Shown: positions 52,824-64,000 of the stretch, one piece after another
Numbering within the stretch: position 1 is the stretch's first letter
How the letters are laid out: each line of letters begins with the position of its first letter
Assembly (NCBI GenBank): GCA_001643675.2
Contig: LSRY02000022.1
Location: forward strand, 868,001 to 932,000
Direction: 5' to 3'
Length of the DNA stretch: 64,000 nucleotides
Origin: Monocercomonoides exilis PA203
Taxonomy: Eukaryota > Protista > Preaxostyla
Notes under the pieces: generated by a model
The model's input: the letters and a program-made list of their open reading frames with translations, nothing else
Databases searched by the model: none
Told to the model about the DNA's origin: nothing
Position numbers and translations under genes: made by a program

Positions 52824-55800
52824 ATGAAACAGTTTGTAAATTTTGAACGCTTCTTTTTCTAATCGATAATTTGACAAATATAGGAGACATTATCTTCCAA
52901 TCAAGATGAATCATTGAATCCCGATCGGATTAATGTTAAAACTGATGATACAATTATCAAAGAAAAGTGTAAAACGGCATGTGAAAGTTTTGCTTCCAAA
53001 GAATAAATAGTGTTTACTTTTTTATGCATACACATATTTTTAGGCATTTCTATCTGCGATGAGACAGAATTAGAGTGATGCGAAACATCTATTATTCAAT
53101 TCCAAAAAATAGATTGAAAGCTGTTAATATTGCTCTTCATATATTATATAAATATTTTCGTTTTTCTTCTCACTTCAAATAGAGATGAGAAAATAATTAT
53201 AATGGGTAAATTTGAAATATTTCTTTTTTTAAATGGTTTTTGTGACGTTGCCAGAGCTTTTCTCGTTAGGAAAAGGTTTTATTCATTTAATTAATTATTG
53301 ATTTCATATTTTTAGTGTTGACTTTAAGGTCGAATATCTCTCTTGAAGTCTATAAAGCTCTTCAAAAAGATCCTTGAAAATCTTGCAAAACTTCACTCTT
53401 TGGGGCAATCTTATGGTCATCTTCATCCCAAATCTATTAAAGTGTCAAAAAAAGGAGATGTATGAACTGTAATATTTATAAATTTTCGTATATGATGAGT
53501 TTTAAGATTGAACTTCAAGAATCTATTGAAAAAGATTCCAGAAATTATTTTTCCCCAGAGGCATTATTGCTAACAGAGGAATTATCCTCCAGTATGCACA
53601 TTACTTATTAGAATTATTTTAATTGAAAACAAATACTTTTTAAAGATAAGTATCGAACACATTCCAACGACATGTGGGCATTTGGAGTCATTTTCCTTGA
53701 AACGATAATTGGAGAGAACATGCTATCTGATGTTACAGATAAGGAGCGATTTCAATTTTTAACCAACGTATGAACAATTTGGAGATTTTTTTTTAACTTT
53801 TTTGTTGTTAAATAACTGTTTCCTCAATTGTCTTAAAGAACTTTGGAGCACTGAGACGAACAGACTTTCCCTTTGTTTCAGAAGATCAATTTGAGCGTTA
53901 CGAACAAGAAGTTGCAGATAGGCAACCAGATGAATTCACTGAATCAAAACCATTCACTCTCCCTTCAAAGCAGCAGCACAGCGAAGCGACGTATCGCGGA
54001 GCATCCTCTTCTTCATTGAAAGAACGGTTTCACCACGCATTTTTGGACCAATACAACCAATTGCCAGAGACACCAAACAAACCATCCTCGCCTTTTCCTC
54101 TCATGTCAGCGCTCACCGACTTTCTTTTCAACAAAGTGCTTGTTATCAATCCACAGGCTCGCTGCTCTTCAGCTTCGGCTGCACTTGAGGACGCTGTTTG
54201 GAGCAGCACGTGGAGCGACAAGAAGGCGCAACCGCTGTCAACGCCACCGCCTCCACCATTACCAATGCAGGGTTCATTGCAAATGCCATTGCTCTCTCAA
54301 AGACAACTATCTGCTCCGCGACCAATGCCACTTCCACAACAGAAAGAGCAACAAACAGAGAAAGAAAGCGGTAGAAGCAGCTCAAATAGTAGAGGTGCTG
54401 GAAGCACTCCAAAGAGAGCAGAAGAAGAAGAGATGGAAAGAATTCCCGTGAAAACTGCTAAACAAGAGCCAAAATCTGCGTCACGCACACATCACAAGCA
54501 TCATTCACCGTTTTCTTTGCCATCGACTGCAAAAGTTGCAGAGGAAGAAGAGAAGACACCGAACATTCACAGGCAAAAGAGAGATTTGCCTTCTGCTCCA
54601 AAAGCGTCAGCTTCTTCTTCTTCTTCTTCTTCTTCTCCTTTGAAATCAAAAGCAAAAGCAAAAGAAAAGTCATTTCCCACATCATCATCATCATCATCTT
54701 CTTCTTCTTCCTTCACTCCTTCTCGTTCTCCTTCTCGTTCGATGTCACCACACAAATGCAACAACGAGAAAGAGAACATTTCAGTCCGCAGGACGATAAC
54801 AAATGCGCTGCTTGAAAAAGAAAAAGCGGAAAAAATCGAAAAATCGGAAAAAGCGGAAAAAGAAGAACATCAAAGACAGAAACCAAAGCACAGGCATCAC
54901 GAGCCGAAAGATACCAAACAATGGAAAATAAATCAGAAAGAAGGAAAAGAAAAAGAAGAAGAAATGGATGATGTTGAAGAAGAAATGCCTCTCGATGCAA
55001 AACTCCACACACCTCATCACAAACATTCACACAGCCACCACAGAGAAAGAGAATCTAAAACTCCTTCTCACAAATCGATTGAACCATCAAATAGAAAACA
55101 TTCATCATCATCATCATCTTCTTCTTCTTCTCCATCTCCCTTTGTCCCTTCCTCTGAAACACCTTCTCGTTCTTCTCCTGTCGCAAAGCCAGGAAAAACG
55201 AGAAACGAAAGCAGAATTCCATCGCTTTCGATGCGTTCTGTCGGAAACAGGCTGAAAACTGACAGGGAAAATGCGTTGACTCAAAATCTCTTTGAGTCAC
55301 CTTACTCGAAAGAATTGAAAACAAGGAGAAAGTTTGAAGGAGAAGAGGAAAAAGATGGATTTAATAACAATGAAGAAGAAGAAGATGATGATAATGAAAG
55401 GGATGTTGGTGTTAATGTGCCGAAATACTTCGAAAGCGAGCCAAAGACGAAGAGAGAGGGAAGAATCGGAGACAAAAGCAGAAGCAAAAGTAGAAGCAGA
55501 AGCAGAAGAAGAAGCAGCAGCGAAAGAACTCCTCATCGTTCTCCTTCATACACATCAAGATCTCCTTCAACCTCTTCCTCTTCTTCTTCTTCTTCTTCTT
55601 CTTCTTCTTCTTCTTCCTCCTCCTCCTCCTCCTCCTCTTCTTCTTCTTCTCGTCCAAGCTCATATAATCCTCCTCTGACCCGCCGCATTCACCAAACATT
55701 CGAAACGCCTCTTCTTTCTTCTCCGCCTCGCCAACCTCCTGTTACACCACCTCCTTCTTCACAGCTGCTTAAATTGGAAGCGCAGATTGCAGAAAATAGA

Positions 55801-58800
55801 TACGAAACACCAAAAAGTTGGGAAAGAGAAAGGAGATTTGAGGAGGAGGAGGAGGAAGAAGAAGAAGAAAAGGAAGAAAAAGAAGAAGAAAAAGAAGCTT
55901 TCAATCATTATAACAACAAAGAAGATGAAATAGCAGCAGTTTCTGAAGCAGAAAAGAAGACGCCAAAAAAACGCTCGTCTGCAAAGGAAGCCACGCCAAA
56001 GACACATCGCCATTCAAATCGTCGTTCTCATTCCAAAAGCAACAGAACACCCGAAAAGATGAAGGACAATTATGTTCAGAGAAACACACTCAAAAGTGAA
56101 GATGAAGCTAAAGCTAAAGCTAAAGACGAAGATGAAGCTGAATATGATTCAAAATCAAGTTCTAATACAAATTCTCATTCTCATTCTAATTCAAAGCCAA
56201 TTGATTCAAATGCACCATTCGAAACAGCCCAGCCGCCTCTCGACAGCCAAAGCAGGCCTTTTGTGCTCCCTTCAACGCTGAAGCAGATGAGAAAGGACAA
56301 AAAAGAACGAAAAGAAGAAGAAAAAGAAGAAAAAGAAGAAAAAGAAGATAAAGGCAAAAAAGAAGAAAAATACCAAAAAGAAGAAAAAGATCCGAAAGAA
56401 CGAAAAGAGCTGAATCAGCGCCTGCCACCCAGAGCTGGCTGGACAGCAGCGCCAGGCAGATTAGCACAGACATCACATTCAATGCAGAAGCAGAAGCAGA
56501 AGCAGAAGCAGCAACAGAATCCTTCTTTGGCTTCTTCTCCCTTTTATCCTTCTCTTTCTTCTTCTCCTCCTCCTCCTTCTTCTCCAACAACGACTCCTTC
56601 TTCTTCATTATCCTCAACATCTTCTTTCCCACCTTCGTTATCTTCATCTTCTTCATCTTTTCCTTCTTCTTCTTCATCTTCTCTTTTCCACCCCCATTCT
56701 CCTCTTTCTCGCTCCACACGCCCAGTTTCTTCACCCACACGTGCTTATTCGCCATTCATCAACAAGCTCATTGAGACGCAAAAGAAAGAGAAATTTATGG
56801 GGACAGCGCCAGCTTCGCCGCCGAAGCAGCAGCGGATGGAGAGAGGGAGGAATAGCAGCAGGAGGAGGAGGAGAGAAGAGAAGGGAGAAGGAGAAGAAGA
56901 AGAAAGAGGAGAAGAAAGAGAAGAAAGAGAAAGTGAATGCGAAAGTGAAGGCGTAAGAGGAGAGGAAGAGGAGGAGAAAGATTTCTTCAAAGAAGACGAA
57001 GACAAAGACGAAAACAATGAAGAAGAAGAAGAAGAAGAAGAAGAAGAGAAAGCGAAAAAATTAAATGAAAACAAGAAAGCTGTTAAGAATGAATACAATT
57101 TTGAAGCTGAAGCTGATGATGAAGCTGATGATGATAAAAGCAGGAGAATTGAGGATGAGCTGAATGAGTCAGACCAAATTGACTCGTCAGAAGTGGAAGC
57201 AGAAGGAGGAGTGCTGGAAATGTCGCTGATGATAAAGCACATGCAGAAAATGAGTGAAAGAGAGAAGGAGAAGGAGAAGGAGAAGGAGAAAGAGAAAGAA
57301 ATTGAGAAAGAAAAAGAGAAGGAAAACGAGAAGAAGGAGAAAAAAGAAAGAGAAAGAAGCCAAAAACATGCAAAACAGAAAGAAGAAAGAGAAAAGGAAA
57401 AGAAAGAAAGACAAGAAAGAAGAAGAAGAAGAAACGAAGAAGAGGCAAGAAAAATAGAAGAAGAGAAAGAAAGAGAAAGAGAGAGAGAAAAGGAAAGAGA
57501 AAGAGAAAGAGAAAGAGAAAGAGAAAGGAGTGTTAGCAAAGCCATGGAGTTGGAAAAGGCACAGCAGATTAGAAAGTCCAATGAAGAAGCACTGAAAGAA
57601 ATGGAAAGCAAAAACAGAGCAAAAGAAGAAGAAGAAGAAGAGAAGGAAGAAGAAGAGAAAGAGGAAGAAGAAGAGAAAGAAGAAGAAGAAGAGAAAGAAG
57701 AAGAAGAAGAAGATTTATTTACTCAGGAAGAGCTGGATCAAAAGGAGAAAGAAAGACAAAATGAAGAAAGGAAAACAAACAAAACAAACAAAAGAAAGGA
57801 AAAAAAGGAAAGAGCCGATGAAGAGAATGAAAGAGAAGCGGAAAGAGAGAGAGAAAGAGAAAGAGAAGAGGAAGAGGAAAGAGAAAGAGAAAGAGAAAGA
57901 GAAAGAGAAAGAGAAAGAGAAAGAGAAAGAGAAAGAGAAAGAGAAAGAGAAAGAGAAACTCAAAGTGACAATTCTTCAGATGAAAGCACTGAAAGAAAGG
58001 CCGAAAGTGGAGATGATGAAAGACACAGTGATAATTACACTGAAAAAGAAGAAGAAGAAGAAGAAGAAGAAGAATGTGAAGAAAAAGAAAAAGAAGAAAA
58101 AGAAGAAAAAGAAGAAAAAGAAGAGGGAAAAGAAGAAAAGGAAGATTATGATTATGATTCTGATAAGTACGATGAAGAAAGCGATAATAGCGATTACAGT
58201 GAAGAGAGAGAAGAGAAAGAAGAAAAGGAAGAAAGAGAAGAAAGAGAAATTTCACAAGAAAGCAAAGAATTCCCATCACAAAAAGCGCCATCTGCACCAC
58301 AAATAACCGAAAAGAAGCAGCCAGCTGCATTTAATACACCAGGGCTACCAGGATTGAAGAGGGAAAAGGAAGAAGAGGAAGAAGAGGAAGAGGAAGAAGA
58401 AGAGAGAGAAGAAGAGAGAGAAGAAGAGGAAGAAATAAAAGAAAAGGAAGAAGAAGAGAAGGAGAAGGATAAAGAGAAGGAAAAGGAAAAAGAGAAGGAG
58501 AATAAAGAGAAAGAGAAAGAGAAAGGAGAGAAAGAGAAAGAAAAAGATAAAGCGACAAATGATCAAAGCAGCAAAGTTCCAACATTTCATTCACTTCCAC
58601 ATCCAACAACAAAACAAGAAGCCTTGCCACATTCTTCTTCTTCTTCTTCCTCCTCCTCCTCCTCCTTTTCTTCTTCCCCTTCTTCTTCTTTGTCTTCAAC
58701 CAATTCTTCTTCTTTTTCTTCCTCCTCCTCCTCTTCCTCTTCAAAAGATCTTTCTCGCCCTTCAACTCCCACTTCATTCAACACTCCATCACTATTTTCT

Positions 58801-59919
58801 TCCTCCAACTCCTCATTTTCTTCTTCTCAACCTTCTTCTTCTTCATTGCCATCATCATCTTCATCATCATCATCTTCTTCTTCTCAACCTTCTTCCTCTT
58901 CCTCTTCCTCCTCATCTTCTACTTCTTCTTCACATCCAACCAAATACCCACAAACTCCTCGCCCGCCTGCCATTCGGCAGGCACCGCATCTTCAAAGACA
59001 TCCTTCTCCTGCTCGAAAGATGAGCACTTTCAAGCCAGCAATCGAAGCAAACAGCAAAAGAAAGAAAGATTATGTGAAAGATTCTGAGAAAGATGATGAG
59101 AAAAACGAGAAAAACGAGAAAAACGAGAAAAACGAGAATTATCCGAATAATTCGAATAATTCTGGTTATTCAAATAATCCAAGTTATTCGAATGATTCAA
59201 GAAATTCAAGTGATTTTAGAAATTCCAGTAATCCAAGCAATTTAAGCGATAAGAGCAGTCAAAGAGATCAGAGTGAAAAAAGTGACAGGAGTGACAGAAA
59301 TGAAAAGAAATACCAGAATATCACTTGCTTTTCAAGCGATTTTGGTGTTCCTGTTCAAAAAGGAGAAAAAGAGAAAGAGAAAGAAAAAGAAAAAGAGAAA
59401 GAGAAAGAAGAACAAGAAAAAGACGGAAATCATAGTCAAAGTGTGAATTATTCGAGAAGCGAAAAAAGAAAGGAAGAAAGAATGAGAAGAGAGAATTTGG
59501 ATGATGAAAATAAATCAGACAATGAAGGAGAAGAAATTGAAGATGCCGGCATAAGTCTACGCCCAACATCGTTATTTATGCATTTCACAAGCAAAAATCC
59601 GGAATTACTTGAAAAATCTGCAACACACCCCAAAGCTATTCCAATTGCATTGATTGCAACTTATGAAACAGGAAAAAAAGAGTTAAATGAAAAACAAAAT
59701 GAACAAAATTCTGATCCAAAGATAATTCAAAAAAATGTAATTATGAGTCAAACCAGAAAAAATCCACATCTCAGAAAAATAGATGAACAAAGTTTTTCTG
59801 AAAGTACAGCTTCATCCACAGAATCTGATATATCGGAAACAAGCAAAGAAGAATATGAAGTTGGTGAAGGATATAGCGACTCATTTTTAAGCCTTGAAGA
59901 AAATAATTCAACAGAATAA
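52824..59919 (+). CDS. Giant protein: N-terminal pseudokinase domain plus ~1900 aa low-complexity tail (multi-intron; start uncertain)
   Basis: Spliced exons give LAKLHSLGQSYGHLHPKSI / YFSPEALL / NDMWAFGVIFLETIIG. The exon from 53839 is in frame with ORF 54016-59919, which contains DFLFNKVLVINPQAR. Confidence 0.75.
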
Positions 59920-60192
59920 TTTTTAATTTTCACGTTTTTGAAAACTTTTTAATTTTTTAGGTAATTGTCTTCATTTTTGAATAAACCATTTAAAAACTTC
60001 CATAAAGTGATTGATCAGAATATTATTTCGTAATAACAAATAAAGCCAATGGGGGAATTTATGATCATAAAGATCGTACTTTTTGGGAAGTTTGTTCCAT
60101 ATTCTTTGAATATCAATTATTTAGAGAAATGCACTTTTGTTATCTTTTTTTTAATGAACCTCATTTTATTCAAAAATTATTGAATTTTAAAG

Positions 60193-60576
60193 ATGGCACC
60201 AAAGTTGAAGAAGCAACCAAAAAAGAAGCAGAATGAGCGCAGATACAAGGGACCAAAAGAAATTGAGATGACGATAAATCTTCACAAAGCATGTCACGCA
60301 ATTTCATTTAAAAAGAAGGCTCCTCGCGCAATTAAGACTATTCGAAATTTTGCAAAGAAATATATGCGCACTCGTGATGTTCGTCTTGACACCAAAGTCA
60401 ACAGCTATGTCTGGAAAACAGGAATTAAGAACATCCCACGTCGCATTCGCGTTTCATTTGAGAGAAAATTGTCGGAAGACGAAGATGCAAAAGATAAATA
60501 CTATGTTTTGGTGAAGCACGTTCCAGTTAAAAGCTTTCACTATCTTCTCCCCAAAAAGATTGAGGAAGCCAAGTAA
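60193..60576 (+). CDS. RPL31: 60S ribosomal protein L31 (eL31)
   Basis: TINLHKACHAISFKKKAPRAIK, DVRLDTKVNSYVWKTGIKNIPRRIRV; 127 aa. Confidence 0.97.
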   Translation: MAPKLKKQPKKKQNERRYKGPKEIEMTINLHKACHAISFKKKAPRAIKTIRNFAKKYMRTRDVRLDTKVNSYVWKTGIKNIPRRIRVSFERKLSEDEDAKDKYYVLVKHVPVKSFHYLLPKKIEEAK

Positions 60577-61620
60577 TCATTTTTTTGTCTAACTACTCAT
60601 TTCCCAAACCAGTTCACAGATACTGAAAGAATTCTTCCTCTTTTCAATTTTTCTTGTATCTATTGAAATATTACATCTAAAATGCTTCATTTGCACTTGC
60701 ATTCCTTGAACTTATGCAAATGATTGAATGTTGTATTTCTTCATTTTTGCTGTTAATGAAGGAGACATTAAATATTAAAATAAATAATAATCATTTTCTG
60801 AACCAAAAAATGAAAGAATAATGTTGAAAAAGTTCAAGATTGAATCTTAACTTTGTCAAGTTGTCGAGAGTTGCACGTTTAAAAAAAATTGTTATTTCTT
60901 TAAGAGAAATCAAAATGATTTTTTCACTGTTTTTTGATTGTAACAGGTGAATTGTGAAAGAAAAAAAAATATTTCAATATAAGAATTTATTTAAAGATTG
61001 ACATAGGTTATTTCAAATGATTTTTTCTTATCACAAAATAACTCAGATATTTTCTAAAACTGACAATTTTTGAGTTTTCTAAACCACAATGAATTTATTG
61101 TTGTGAAATACTTCGTATTTTTGAATATCTTCAAATGTTCAAATTTCTTTATCTCAAAATGCAACAATACAAAATATACCAAACATCTTCAAATCATCGG
61201 TTTTTAGTTTTCAGTCTCATTCTTCTCCACAAAAAAAAGACAAAAAACATCTTCCGTTCGCTCATTCAATCTGCCAGATTTCTTTTTCTCTTTGATAAGG
61301 CATTTGCTATTAATTCCATTGGAAAAAACAATGTGATTCAAAAAGTTTATGATTTTTTTTAAATAAATATCATTCGACAAATAATCTGTTGGTTATGATC
61401 AAAAATTTACAAAAGTTTTCCATTTTTGGACTTAAACAGCCTATACTTGAGGCTTCTTTGCACTCTCTTTTGCACTTCTTTTTTTTTAAGCAAAAACAAA
61501 GTAGTTTGCGTTGTGTTCATTTTTTATTTTGTGAGATAATCAATGCTATTTGTGTTTTTATTTGATTTTTTTTAATAAAAACCAGTTTTGACAAATAGAG
61601 AAATATAAATTTTGAAACAG

Positions 61621-63059
61621 ATGAAAACATATTGTGGCGATGCTCTTGCTTATGAAAACAAAGAAATGCCTTTGAACGAAAAGTTTTCAAGTTTGTGCAT
61701 TAATTTGGATTGAACAATTCCGAACAAATTTGTATTTTTTTGAAGAATTGTTTTCTGAGCTGGAATATTGCACCAGCGCTGAACAGAAACAGAAAATCGA
61801 AGTGATGAATGCACTTATGAATGAAATGGAAATAAAAGATTTTGGATTGATTTTCACAAAAGAACTTTTTGACAAAATAAGCAAAATGATCGAAGAAAGA
61901 AAGATTTCCATGAAAAATGCCATTGAATTTTTGAAGTTCATGGGATTTTGGAAAGTGCAGAAAAAATTTTCAGTTATGTCATTTGTTAAATCATTATTGT
62001 TCAAAAGAATGAGAGAGATGATGATTGATGAAAATAAGAAGAAAAAGGAAATGAACGAAAAAATTCTTACAGATCTCTGTGAATGCTGTCTAACGCTTGG
62101 TTTTGACTTCTCGTTTGAATTCCTTTCAATTTGTGTTCCTTGTCTTCTGAAAGCTGCATTGAAGAAAGAGGAAAATGAAGAAACGCAAATGGAAGTGGAA
62201 ATGGCATTGTTTGCTTTGAGCAGCATTGGATATTGTGTATGACTATTTCTTTTTTATTTTGAAATAATTGATTTTTTTTTTGTTTTTTTGTTAGAAAGTG
62301 CCAAAAGAAATGTATTTAAGTGAACTCAAAGAAATAATCCAATATCACCAGGAGCATCTAAACCTCACTCAGCTTGCTTATCAATCTGCTTGGCAGTTTT
62401 TGATAAGAAGAATTTTATGTGATAGAAATTTGGAAGATGTGATTGTGAATGAGCTACATTTTGGAAGAGAAGCAGCAAGAGAGCTGAAAGAACTGACAAG
62501 AAATGTGGATTGGAAGAGAGGGAAAGAAGAGGAAAAAGAAAAAGAAACGAAAGAAGTGATTATGACAAGAAGATGGATTGATATTGTTGACAATTTCTTG
62601 ACATGGTGCGCATTGTGGAAAGAGGGATTTGTTATGCTTATCTGCAGCGTTGTTCAGGTATTTCGAGCAGCAAAAGTTAATAACGAAGAAATAAGTAGCC
62701 GGTGCATTTATTTATTTAGAAGTGCAGCATTTAACTGGAATATGAAAGTTGAAGACTTGCTGAAAGGCGGAGCTGTTGATGCTGTTTTGGAAGAAATGAA
62801 GCAATCGACTTTGGATGATGAAGTGACATTTAAGTGCTTGGAATTTTTTGATTTTATTTCAATGCGATTGAAAGGAAAGGAGGAAGAAAAAATGGAAGAA
62901 GAAAAAAGAAAGTCGATGAAAAAGAAAGTATTTGAAAAGCTGGAAGAAGAAGGATACGAAGATGCAATTGCAAGCTTTCACGAAACATTTCAGCTTCTTA
63001 ACAAAGAGTGTTATGATGATTTTCCATTGGATATTTCTGATTATTTTTTGAATATTTGA
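61621..63059 (+). CDS. Expanded helical protein family, copy 6 (intact, 3 exons, 441 aa)
   Basis: join(61621..61690,61746..62236,62295..63059) with GT-AG introns is 1326 nt and open. Confidence 0.85.
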
Positions 63060-64000
63060 GGAAAACGGGACTTATTTTATATTTAACATCAAAAATTGTG
63101 TTTATTTTCTTTTCCTTTTTTCCTTTTTTTCTTTTTCTGTATTGCCAAATTGATATTTATCAATTTTCATCATTTCTCAAGATGGCAAAAAATTAATTTT
63201 AGAAGAATATTTTACAGTTTATGTATTTTGATTTCACTTCATTTTGATGAAATGAAAATTAAAAATCCAAAAACAGACACCATTTGAAGCTTTTCAAATT
63301 TCTTCTTTTCTTCTTTGAAGGCCTTCCCAAAAGGATTGTTACTTTCTTTTTTTCTCCCCAAATCCCAACTAAATCAAATTGCATCCATTGTTTATCCCCT
63401 TCCTCAAACACTCTTTTTCTCTTTTGATTTCCTTCATCCTCACTTTTTTGTTGAACTTCATCTTATCAGAGGATGAAAAAGAGCTCTTTCAGTGTGTGGC
63501 TGAAGAAGGAAACATGGATGGCTTGATTGTCTGTTCTGATGATCAGAGATCCACAAATTCCTCATTAAACACGAGGATGAATCCCCAAAAAGCAAAAAAG
63601 ATGCACTTTCGATTGCTGATGAAGAGGCAGCAGAAGAAAAGATAACGCATGAACAAAGTGAAACAAGCAAGTTATCAATTGATAGTAACTAATTTTTTGA
63701 ATCCGAAATACAAAAAGTATGAATTCAAACGGTTTGTGAAATGATACTTTACAGAAGCCAATCCATTTTTCTTTAAAACGATAAAAAAAAAGTGAAAAAT
63801 GATCAGCTCGGATGAATACAGTGGAATTACAAAATAATAATAATAATAATAATAAATAGAAAGAATAAAAAACTCATTGCTCAGCAAAACACAAAATAAT
63901 CATCAAAATTTTGAAACAAAAAAGGGCACCCAAATATTCTGTACGGAAAGCAATAGCGCAATCCAACCACCCATTCTTCGTATCCGTCTTCCTCCATTTT

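Noticed and set aside
54030-59933. Many antisense and alternate-frame ORFs over the long genes (also 31789-36816)
   Set aside because: Shadow ORFs arising from GAA/TCT low-complexity repeats.

Overview
AT-rich, intron-containing eukaryotic DNA read in the standard code (genes end in TAA). The gene family, short GT-AG introns and (GAA/TCT)n-derived protein tracts suggest an oxymonad such as Monocercomonoides; this is an inference from recall, not a search. Host genes: a 5'-truncated coiled-coil ORF, a malic enzyme without a presequence, a giant insulysin (M16A) peptidase, a ubiquitin-like ORF, a giant pseudokinase and RPL31. The rest is a dense, nested set of mobile elements. These are three hAT-type elements (2386-9964, 19607-19940, 38210-41336), a DIRS1-type tyrosine-recombinase retrotransposon with ITRs and an ICR (about 11435-17450), decayed Tc1 (DD34E) and Merlin transposases, two TA-targeting MITE families, a ~185-bp dispersed repeat, and a 4.7-kb TIR element inside a (TAT)n microsatellite carrying a beta-helix gene. 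Main observation: a three-exon ~440-460 aa uncharacterised helical gene family has six copies here. Two copies lie inside two different hAT elements at the same position and orientation, followed by a second shared ORF remnant and a shared GTCAGTGAC palindrome. The family may therefore be a transposon-borne cargo or accessory module.
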